From NCBI GenBank assembly GCA_000320545.1, contig ADNK01002558.1, positions 1-47,650 on the forward strand: a stretch of DNA of 47,650 bases. Direction: 5' to 3'. Below, piece after piece: positions 1-10,009 of the stretch (the stretch's first letter is position 1; each line of letters opens with the position of its first letter). A program made the position numbers and the translations under genes. The notes beneath the pieces were generated by a model. The model saw only the letters and a list, made by a program, of their open reading frames with translations. It had not been told where the DNA came from and did no database searches. The DNA comes from Bigelowiella natans CCMP2755 (lineage: Eukaryota; Protista; Cercozoa).

Positions 1-2
1 AG

Positions 3-1499
3 TTCGAAAAGAAAGTCCCTACCCAGGTCACCCCTATGGTTAACGCGATTACCTTCGAGGACGGCGACTTCCTGCCTGAGCCAGAGGAGCTCCAGCACCT
101 TCAAGAACACCTGGATAAATACAAACACAAGCATGAGGTACTTAGTGATAGGATATATGTATACACTAATAATGTTAGGCGTACCTACGTGCCACGGCGG
201 ACCAGGGGAGCCCTTCTCTTTACCGCCCATGGACCTGCACACGTAGGAGAAAACCATATCACTGCTCTACTCTACCATTACTACTGGCCCTACAAGCTAA
301 AAGAGATAAGGACATACCTGCGTGGCTGCAGGTGCTCCAGCTTGAAGGCGGCAGGCGTCGCCACCAAGGAGTCCAGCAAGAGCCGTGCATCTAAGAAAAT
401 CAAAGCAAGGAACTTCTTAGATATCGTGCAAATTGATGTTTATAAGTACGATGGCTATCACTACCTTACCTTCGTTGATGTGGCCACTGGAAAGTGCTGG
501 GTTAAAAAGATTATCAAGGTCAACGTTGCTAAGAAGAACAAAGGCTTATATAAGCAGAGGCTTACTAACTGCTACCGTACCTGGGAGTCTGAGCTCCAGG
601 CTATCCCTGATGAAGTTAGCATAAACAAGATACCAAAGAAGTTACATGTGGATAATGAGACCTCTCTTCTACAGCTACCACACCCTAATATTGATGCCTC
701 ACCTGTATACTATGCCCAGTCCAACTCCAAGGTAGAGCGACTCCACCGCACCTTGGCCAACCTAAGCAGGATAAATAGCACCACACCAGACAAGATACAA
801 GGGTTAGTAAACGACACCTTCACGTCTGGGGGAGGTATCAAGGATAAGGAGAGGGAAGAAGGCGACGACAACGACGACGATACCGAGAGCGAAGACGAGA
901 AGGTCCCGTACGATGGCCGAGTTCTAAAGGAAGGACAGTATGTTAGGGCCAAGGTAAATCTGAGATCGAGAAATAAACAAGACCCCTTCTGGGGTGGCGT
1001 TGCAAAGGTTACCGAGAGGAAGGGGAGGAAGCAGTACTACATCTATGATGGGAACAGGGTCACCTTGCGCCACATCAGTCACCTAAAGAATTATGATATC
1101 GGTGAGAAGCTCCTAGAGGATGTTAAAGTAAACCCTACTGTGTGGGAGCGAGCAATGCCTTGTTTAGGACCCCGACCTAAGTTCGATGTGGAATATGGAA
1201 ACAATAAGGTCAGGGTGAACGACGATTGGCGCATGAAGATTGTCTATCTAGGCTACCCTGGATTACGAAATATGGAGAGGGTAGCTATGAAAATAAAGGA
1301 CGGAAAATATCAGCTACTCTACCTAGCTGTTCCCGACTTACCCTTTGAGCACTGGTATAAGGTCCTGGGGGACCTTGATGCAGAGGGCTGGTATGGACAC
1401 GAACCTAAGGACGAAGGTGAGTTCTGGGTAAGCGACAAAGGAGATAAGGTTAGAGAGGAATCTATTACCTGGTGGTTGGTGAAGTTCCGAAAGCGATGA
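3..1499 (+). CDS. Gypsy Pol C-terminal part (integrase HHCC + DDE core, SH3/GPY-like segment, Dam-like methyltransferase-fold domain); 5'-partial
   Basis: Frame is open from base 3. Motifs: AHGPAH...GCRC zinc finger, IVQIDVY, LHVDNE, NSKVERLHRTL. Confidence 0.9.
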   Translation, partial: FEKKVPTQVTPMVNAITFEDGDFLPEPEELQHLQEHLDKYKHKHEVLSDRIYVYTNNVRRTYVPRRTRGALLFTAHGPAHVGENHITALLYHYYWPYKLKEIRTYLRGCRCSSLKAAGVATKESSKSRASKKIKARNFLDIVQIDVYKYDGYHYLTFVDVATGKCWVKKIIKVNVAKKNKGLYKQRLTNCYRTWESELQAIPDEVSINKIPKKLHVDNETSLLQLPHPNIDASPVYYAQSNSKVERLHRTLANLSRINSTTPDKIQGLVNDTFTSGGGIKDKEREEGDDNDDDTESEDEKVPYDGRVLKEGQYVRAKVNLRSRNKQDPFWGGVAKVTERKGRKQYYIYDGNRVTLRHISHLKNYDIGEKLLEDVKVNPTVWERAMPCLGPRPKFDVEYGNNKVRVNDDWRMKIVYLGYPGLRNMERVAMKIKDGKYQLLYLAVPDLPFEHWYKVLGDLDAEGWYGHEPKDEGEFWVSDKGDKVREESITWWLVKFRKR

Positions 1500-1540
1500 A
1501 GGTCTAAGGGAATAAGGAAGGAAGGAAGGAGCAACGTGAC

Positions 1541-1550
1541 TTGGGGGAGG
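1541..1550 (+). promoter_or_regulatory. Polypurine tract of copy A
   Basis: TTGGGGGAGG directly abuts the TG start of the 3' LTR; a further purine run (AAGGAAGGAAGG) lies just upstream. Confidence 0.8.
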
Positions 1551-1877
1551 TGTAGCGCGTACCACTACGCGGGCACAAGTCACGTGCGACAACAAAGGGG
1601 TTGTCGCGGATATAGAATATAGATAACGTAGATATTAATACAGCATAGGCACGTGGGTTCCGGCGGGACTCATGGCAGCACACCGGAAGTGTGCTGCCCC
1701 ACGTGCGGCGGCATTCGCGAAAGCTTCGCGAATGATTACGCAGTGCACGATTTAATAAAAATATAATCTTTAATAAAAATAAACACAACTCTTCAAAAGG
1801 AAGCAAACGTGCCTTTCCCCCCCCCCTGCCTACTTGTGCACGTAGCGCCTCGGCCTGTGAACACCTTACGCGCAACA
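1551..1877 (+). repeat. 3' LTR of copy A (327 bp, TG...CA)
   Basis: Starts TGTAGCGCG, ends CGCAACA; matches 19831-20156 and 25221-25546 in reverse complement. Confidence 0.95.
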
Positions 1878-2059
1878 GCTCATGCACGTGCCACAACGAT
1901 GCAATGCAAACAGTGTCTGCTGCAGGTCACACCTCACGACTGTTCTTTGTGTGCTTGTCACGTGTGATGAACCAGTTTCACCGGCATCGCAAAGAGGGCA
2001 GATCGGGATGAGGGGGGCAAATTGTGGACTTCAGCCCGTGCGTTTCAATGACCGATTTT
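1878..2059. repeat. TpA-free decayed repeat forming the insertion flank of copy A
   Basis: No TA dinucleotide over about 180 bp; CA/TG-rich. Confidence 0.6.
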
Positions 2060-2099
2060 TAGAAACAGTTCGTTTCTGACAGTGGGTTTGCGATCCGCA

Positions 2100-2204
2100 G
2101 TTCGATGTCGCATGCGGTGAAAGAGAGGCCATTCAATGTCGCATGTGGTGAAAGAGACACAATTCAATGTCGCATGTGGTGAAAGAGACACAATTCAATG
2201 TCGC
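2100..2204. repeat. Minisatellite, ~31-bp unit x ~3.4
   Basis: ATTCAATGTCGCATGTGGTGAAAGAGACACA repeated in tandem; the first unit is diverged. Confidence 0.85.
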
Positions 2205-2255
2205 GACTAGACTAGCCGAAGAACCATCATCATATTACCCATCATTGATTTACAG

Positions 2256-2873
2256 ATGATTGCTCTGCTCTCGGTACTCCTCCTCCTCATGGCCCCGCAC
2301 GCTGTGAACGCAGGGTGTTCCATTGAGAAATATGTCAAGAATGCAGGCGAGACACTCACTTGCGGGAATAATTGTAACTGCAAGTTTTACATGGCAACAG
2401 ATGGAGCTACAGATGTTACTATCAACGTTCACAGCACAGCGACAGCCCTTATCGGTGCATATCCAGCCTTCTATGGAACTGGACTCAAGGTCAATGCTGA
2501 GAGTGGTTCCAATACAAAGGTAAGAAAGGATTAATAACGTTGAAGATCGACGAAGATTGTGGCAAAGAATTCCCGATTTACATGGACGTCTGCATTTTTT
2601 ACCCTATCTATTCACATTTCCAATTATAACACATGCATTTATCGACTTATCCCAAATCAGGTCATTTGTGGTGGTAACTACACCTGTAAGAATGCCAAGT
2701 TTACGGGTAAAATGGATGTTGAGTGCACGCAGTATGCTTGCAGCAATGCGCATTTCGATGGCCACTTTAAAGCTAAATGCATTGGACGATTTTCGTGCGA
2801 AACCGCGTCTTGTTCTGGTGGAGCAAGCCTTAGTTGCCCAGCGTTTCAATCTTGCTCGGGAAGTTCGTGCTAA
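2256..2873 (+). CDS. Secreted small cysteine-rich protein (~158 aa; exons 2256-2519, 2661-2873)
   Basis: Signal peptide MIALLSVLLLLMAPHAVNA. AAG|GTAAG...CAG|GTC joins the two ORFs in frame. Repeating V-x-C-x4-5-C-x-N-A-x-F pattern. Confidence 0.65.
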
Positions 2874-3012
2874 TCGATGTTAAATCAAGCTTTCAACTTC
2901 ATTTCTACTTGGGAATCAAAACGAGACAAACTTCCTACTTTTGAGCGAAGCAGTCAGGTGGGAGACTTCATGGATGAGAAATCGAGGTCTACACGAAGAT
3001 GACATTATAATG

Positions 3013-3216
3013 CTAAGATAATAGACACCATATATTGCAATATATGTGATATATATTTTGATATACGTGTCTATAATAATAAGTCATCCTAATGTAGCTC
3101 TGCAAAGCAGCGATTATAGCGCTTATGTTATATCTATTTGTCTCTGCTATTATGTGTTTCATGCATTTAAAAGCATGAAGCTCATAAAAGCATTGGCAAG
3201 TATATGAGACGGATGT

Positions 3217-3261
<45 letters not shown>

Positions 3262-3494
3262 ATGTATATATATAATGTATATAATATGATATATGTTGTT
3301 CGAGATCCCTAGCTTATATGCCATTATAAATGTGAGATTGAAATTTTATAAATCATGCGTATGATATAGCGACCAGTAGATATGTAGCTCCAATATGGAG
3401 ATCATAATAGACACAGTAATATCATATATATCTGATATACTATGTATATATATGAGACGGATGTAATGAAGAATTGAATTTTTTCAATGGTCAT

Positions 3495-3530
<36 letters not shown>
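3013..3530. repeat. AT-rich dispersed repeat with (TA)n arrays and two TATGAGACGGATGTAA motifs
   Basis: (TA)n at ~3222-3258 and ~3497-3524. The core motif recurs at ~30790-30830 and ~34820-34868 in reverse complement. Confidence 0.6.
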
Positions 3531-3539
3531 GTCTCGATC

Positions 3540-4560
3540 GGTGCCCACGTTTAGACGTGCAAATCCGTTCCACGCTCGCCCAGCCATAGCATCGTCCTCG
3601 ATCGGTAGCTCGCACTTGCTGCGTGTCCATGATGAGTATCCGCTAATTCAACGGATGTTCTGCATTGTCTTAAGTTGTGTCTTTTTCAAAATCAACCCAT
3701 TCATCATCGTGCATCGGCTACACACATGCATGAACTCAAGTTCTCATTTGTGCGCATTCATTCAACAAGCTTTGCTATCTGTAGCTACGCGTCGCACAAT
3801 TTTAGCGTCCCATCAAGTTGTTGTGCCGCCCGCTGAACATGTGCACTTTGCAAGTGATGGGTCTTCGGCAACAAAATGAAAAGTTAGTTGCACATGTTGT
3901 CAACCTAGCAACGTCGCAGCATGCACACCAGCATGTGTCAGCCCATTGCACACGCTGGCACGTCGCTAATCGCAAATCTTTGCGTGTGATCGGTGCGCTT
4001 GCATGTTGTCGAATCAAAAACATGTGTTGCGGCCATGCACAACTGCAACCAGGTGCATGGCTAAATGAAAGGTGCTGGGACGTGAGCAAGCAACGTGCGC
4101 ACAACTAGCTAAATCGATGCGGACTCATGGACATTTAGCAGACATTGACAGAATTGTAGCTAAATCTAGAAATGACATGCATGCCTATGATAGACATGCA
4201 ATACACAATATATATAATATATATATAGTGTATTGCTGTGTCTATTATGCCTAGCTACTAGTCCATTTCTACGAGCCACGAGCAGCGACTGAAAATTTAT
4301 GGTCGCATCGTGCCTTCAGATGCTGTTCGCAAGAGAGATTCGGAATCAAGAATGAAAAAGCTTAGGTGGTGAAACACGTACTTTGCATGGCCCATGCATG
4401 GCAGTGCCACAGTCCACACCTTGCATGGTTGTCCTCCCATCATGCATCCACGTTGCAGGTGCGCAAATTCCGACTCGGATTCACATTCAGTTTTGCATGG
4501 ATGAGTGCATAATTTCATGACTGATTAGATGAGAGACAGAATCGTTGCAGTGTACAACGC
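3540..4560. repeat. Decayed repeat island, partly TpA-depleted, CA/TG-rich
   Basis: Abundant CATG/TGCA; Cys/His-rich spurious ORFs in several frames; a short TA-rich patch interrupts it at ~4200-4260. Confidence 0.55.
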
Positions 4561-4575
4561 ATTGGAACCAGCAAG

Positions 4576-5372
4576 TTACAGAGGTTTGGGGGAAGGAAGC
4601 AACCGAGACCCTTCCCACACTGCGCCCCGACAACGAACAGCAATGCCAGCGGCAAAATGGCCACTTTCAACAGCCTGGTTTGAGTCTAAAGAATGCCTGA
4701 TATGATGAGAAATTAACAACATCTGGTGAAAACAAATTGTTTCAATGGCAAGCATACTCAAAACCAAAAATCGACATTGTGAGGTATGTTAAGTGAAAAG
4801 AGTAAGCTACTTGTAGCTGCCATTGATTGCCACCACACAAATTCTGACTAGTGAAACTTGCTTACCCTGCTGCAATAGCTGCGAGATAGCCACCGACAAA
4901 GGCATCACCAGCGCCATTCGTGTCAACAACAGGTCCCAGTTTGTAGTCTAAATCATCATTATCGACTATGCAGCCATCATTGCCAGTCTTAATTGCAATC
5001 TTCTGTCCGTTATTACCCTGCTGCTCATGATCTCCAACATAAATTGGGTACTCTTTTATGGTGATAGCTGTTGCATCATTGCCTTCTTCTTCTTTTTCTT
5101 CTTCTTCTTCTTCTTCTAAGCAATCCCTAGAATTATTAAACCTTGTGAAATTTGCACACAAGCCTTGATAAATGAATAAATTGCAGTGACATACATAGCT
5201 ATCATTGTTGGCAGAAAGGAGAAAGTAGTGGCGTGTACAGCTGCCATGGACCTTCTTGTACTTATGGGAGATCTGGTCGCAATCAAGGTCGTATTAGCGC
5301 CACGAGTGACTGCCTGTTGTAATGTTTCAGTAAGATAGATTTATAATGCTGTTTCTCTTACTTCTCTCTCTT

Positions 5373-5424
<52 letters not shown>

Positions 5425-5433
5425 CCTCTCTCG

Positions 5434-5464
<31 letters not shown>

Positions 5465-5600
5465 ATAATCTAAGAGAGCATCATGTTCAATTGATATCAT
5501 CATAATAGGCACCACAGTAGCTCCTGGTAGTAGTAGATGTGTGCCAATTGTTTTTGCCGCATCTCTTGCAGTCATTGAAGTATGGGGAGAAGAAGACACC

Positions 5601-5631
<31 letters not shown>

Positions 5632-6065
5632 CAGCAGTAGTAGTTTTATCTGACCATAGTGCATATAACTTAAAGTAATCTAAGAAGACGAAAATGAATT
5701 GTAACATCACCGAAGCTAGTTCTTACGTGGAATTATCAATCATCAATACTATCAGGCATCAATATCAGTCACCATGATCCCAACAAATAACATCAATACT
5801 ACTACCCAAATAATAATAAATAATAAAAATATTAATAATAAATAATAAAAATATTAATGATGGTAGTAATAATACTACCTTGTTTCTGGTCTTGGAGGAG
5901 CATCTTCTTCTTCCCCATATTTTTCTTGTGTAGAAATGACTTGTTCTTGTGTGGAAATGACTTGTTCTTCTGCAATGCGAGAGCTAACGTCTTTGCCTCC
6001 GATTCATTTGAGAAAAGGAGTGACTTATTGAAAGAAGGAAACCAAAGGAGGAGGAGGAGGAGGAC

Positions 6066-6101
<36 letters not shown>

Positions 6102-7026
6102 GAGGAATTTGGTCAGATTATAAGTCAGTCCTCACCTTACATTTCACGCATGGATATTGACAACTGCGATAATTTAAATTGACTTTTCCATATCTTAGAG
6201 GAATGCTCTTAAAGTAGTACTAGTAGTGTGTATCTTTCGTCTCCATCAAACATCGTGATCTCCTCATCGCTTCTTCAATCGTTATATATCTTTCATCTAC
6301 AGACAACTTCTTACAGTTCTTGGTAGGAGTGAGATCACGCGCTTCCTTATCTCCACAGAGGCTTTATTGGCAGAAGAAAGAGCAAGTTGTGAAATCGCAA
6401 TGATGTCAACCTCCATAACAACATTGATCATTGCACCAGATAGATTATCGTCTAGCTTACGTTTTACGTCTAGTGATACAACGATATATCATTTACTTCC
6501 TCTCAAATATGATCAAGGCTGCCAATCATGATCCTATTACTGTGTGCTGCATCTAGTTTCTCTCACTCCTCTCTATTTTCACTATGTTTTTCATGCACTC
6601 ATCAACGGCACATACATGGGGTAGCTATAAAATATCCCACAATATTTCTGGTATATAAGGAAGGATCTTTGAATGACAACTGGAGAGGTCGTTAGTGTAA
6701 AATACTCATTGAAATATTTTGAATGTTACTATTCTTATTCTTCTTCTTCGTATTATTATTATAAAATCATCACCTCCAAGCATTGAAGCACTAGAGAGAT
6801 TTAGTGCGAACAGTTTTCCTGCTTTCTGTGCATATGAGGCCATGTAATCGACAGCCTTGAACCGATCCTCTGTGCTTGTCAAAAATGACGTACAATAAAG
6901 AATCTAGGAAAAAAATATGGGGGGGAGGAGGAGGAGGAACAAGAATAAGGATAAGAATGTCGCAAAATCAATGAGTGAATCAACGATTCAATGAAAAATG
7001 ACGTACGTACCCAATAACGCTACGAG

Positions 7027-7057
<31 letters not shown>

Positions 7058-7777
7058 TGATGCTCGACTACTCCATGATGTATTAGTATTTCTCACCTCT
7101 GCTTCTTCTATCGCTTTATGAGCTGGGGAGGATGGACAAGTAATGAATTTGGAATCTAAGTGCCTAATATTTTTGTTAATATTATTGGTTATATATTGTA
7201 TTGATTGTAGCAGTATGATGATTTTAATCTATAATTGCAAGATAAAGTGTTCAATGGTGTTGCAAACACGTCAGATTAAACATGAAAATGATCAATTATA
7301 GATGATATGTATGCTTGTTATGTACAACCTGTACGCACCCCGAACGGCAACTATGGATCTGATGAACGACAGAGGAGAATTGCAGAGTAAGAAACATCAT
7401 CAGTACAATTATGATGATGATAGTGCTGCACATAGTTCTTGACCTTCTTCTTCTTCTTCTTCTTCAACTATTACTATTGTTATTATTATTTCCATGATCA
7501 TCAGCTAGCACCTATCTCCACTCTCTTCTGGCACGAGAATAGCACATTGACCTGTTGGAACTCCCTAAATTGCAACAACAAAGAACAAAGAAAGAACAGC
7601 CATAACAGATTCGTTTCATCTATTCTTCTTCTTCTTCTTCGTCGTTTTCTTCTTCTTCTCTTTGTTAATTACACAATGATATTCTTTCCCGTTATTATCA
7701 TTAGAGCGTCTTTTCTTTCTCTCTCTAGAGCATCAAGCTTAATGTTAACATGGATTTGTAGGTGTACTGATCTTACC

Positions 7778-7814
<37 letters not shown>

Positions 7815-8680
7815 ATAACGAATCACCTGTATTTTTTGAAAGAGAGGTCTTACCTGAATAACAATAATTGTTTTGGCGGTTTATTTTATACATTCAGGAA
7901 ATAATATAGCATCTTTGAATCCGCACACTATGCTGATCGACGACTAACAATGAACGTATGATGGCATGCTTCTTAAGATTAAATATTATTTGCTACGTTT
8001 GCTTTGCGGAGAGCAGTCTCAAGACGGTGTCCTGGCTCATCGTCTCCAACAGCTCCTAGTATTAGTTGAAAACACAAAAAGAAATGGTATATTCATTCCT
8101 TCTTAGGCGTAAGAGAGTTAGATAACTCACATATCATGCCAAAAGCGCACCCAAAATAACAACAAAAACAGCCTTTAACTCTGGTATTCCTTTTCCTATT
8201 CTAGCCCCACAAGCGAATTTCAAACAAACACTTGATGCTATCATCTATATGATCAGAGAATGATATGTAGTAGCACTGTGGTGTGCGTTATGTTGTGAGT
8301 GCTCATCATCATCATCATCATCATCATCATCAGTGGCAACAACCTAACCTTACCTATACAGACGCATGCTTGTATATCACTGCTACCAGCAGCACCATCT
8401 AAGAACCCCTCTGCATCATCGCCAGCACTCGTGCCGCTACTTTCATCATTTCTTGCCAGATTGCCTAATGCCCATTGCAATGCCATGGCTGTGTTAACAG
8501 CACTACCCCCCGCAGAAGATGCTGAGGCGGGATTTTGTTTAACATTTTGAAGAATATTTAGGGTTGCATCTCTTGGGAGAGATCTGGTCTCCTGGCCCTC
8601 GGAGAGGCCAAGCTCTTGGAGAGTTTTCGAGGAAATTGACAGACTCACGTCTAACATTGGGTTCCCAGCTGCGTGGTAGT
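4576..8680 (-). CDS. ADK: Adenosine kinase (PfkB family), multi-exon; 5' end unresolved
   Basis: Exonic motifs in the expected order: AGNPMLDVS, AGGSAVNTAMALQW, VPTGQCAILV, FLTS...KLFALNLS, LLFSNESEA, VTRGANTTLIA, VVDTNGAGDAFVGGYL, GHFAAGIAV...G. Confidence 0.88.
5355..5462. repeat. Compound (CT)n/(GT)n microsatellite in an ADK intron; representative of many intronic SSRs in the window
   Basis: Similar (GA)n, (CAT)n, (GTA)n, (CTT)n and (CA)n runs at ~5600, 7030, 7790, 8305, 9890, 32940, 41890, 46440, 47240 and 47500. Confidence 0.9.
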
Positions 8681-9383
8681 AGTGTGCATCATAACACGGT
8701 GAAAAGTGATGACCATTAATGGATTATTCTCACCGGTAGTACATCATCATAAGAATCATGCATGCAGAGTTGTTATTGGCAATACTACAGAAATCAAGAA
8801 AGAGAGGCAGCACAATACTGCAACTCATGATTAGAGCATTGATGAGTCAGTGACGGACAACCGAGAACTACGACTCCAGTGTTGAGTTTCTTTTTCCCGC
8901 CATTCTTTTTATCGATATTATCGAGGCCCTCCTTATTATTCGCATCATCACCATCATTATCCATGGTTGTCCCCCCCTTGATTCATGTCATCATCACCGT
9001 CTGAATTCTTGCTATCATCCATGTCATCATCACCGTCTTGGGCTTGGAGAGGAGTACCATAGCTCCGAGGGATGCAATGCATCTGTGCGGTCTCCCTCTA
9101 CCAATTGTGAAGGCCATCTTTCTTCCTGCTCCTGCTCCTCCTCCCCCCCTCCTTCTTCGGATGTTCTGTTATATTGTTACATATATCTTAATCATAGTCT
9201 ATTTTGTTTCTGCGACAACGATTCGCAGCATCAAATATCGTGTCGCGCCATCCAAAACCTACTGATATGAGTTGTCGCACCAAAGAAATGCCAAATGTCC
9301 ACAAGCATTGGCCACAAGCAAGCAGTGCTCTAAAAAACATGACAATGACGACGACGATGACGACGACGACGATGATGATGATG

Positions 9384-9885
9384 ATGGCGCTCAAATGCTT
9401 CACAGCCGTTGCGAGTCCCTTCGATCCGCAACCCCATCCTCCTCTTCTCATTCAGCCTTTCATCGATGGGTGGTTTGTACGAGTCATCGATCATGCTCAG
9501 AACTTGAGCTTTGCCACTATCTTTGCATCTCACCAAGCACCGAGGCAGAAGCACTACAATGACAGCTTCTCTGTAACTTGTCAATAATATATAGCAGGAT
9601 GTACATTGTGTTTTTAAAAAATGGTTTCTATTCATATATTCTTCCAGCAACACAGGGGTTTTAATGTCGTATCACTTCCCAATGTTAAAAGATAACATTT
9701 CGGTATTTCTCACAAAATTCACTACAACAGACACTCTTGCTATCACTACCCGGCAAACCAATCCGTATAGAGCAGCGAAAGTTTTCCCAGTCGCATGTTA
9801 GCATTATTGCCAGAAGCTCATCTCATTCAGGGACCAAGTCATCCTTCAGGTAATGATAATAATAATAATAAAGCATGTTTTTAGC

Positions 9886-9931
<46 letters not shown>

Positions 9932-9964
9932 ATGATAATAATAATAATAAAGCATGTTTTTAGC

Positions 9965-10009
<45 letters not shown>

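Larger units (their letters stand above)
1..1877 (+). mobile_element. 3' part of Ty3/gypsy LTR retrotransposon (copy A: integrase, C-terminal domain, PPT, 3' LTR); truncated by the window start
   Basis: Reverse complement of 19831-21706. The only differences I see are base 1 and a C10 vs G9 homopolymer in the LTR. The 487-aa ORF equals the C-terminus of the 1657-aa ORF. Confidence 0.95.

Noticed and set aside
1504-1896. LTR-spanning ORFs (also 19547-20203 and 25204-25551)
   Set aside because: Antisense or read-through frames across the LTR with no motifs; repeated only because the LTR is repeated.
2100-2204. 31-bp repeats as a CRISPR array
   Set aside because: Units are contiguous with no unique spacers, the context is eukaryotic, and there are no cas genes.
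5327-7893. ORFs with poly-T/H/ER/R/F/V runs
   Set aside because: Translations of intronic microsatellites or antisense to ADK exons.
4576-8680. Functional link between adenosine kinase and the adenine-mutation signature
   Set aside because: ADK is a housekeeping salvage enzyme; proximity alone is not evidence.
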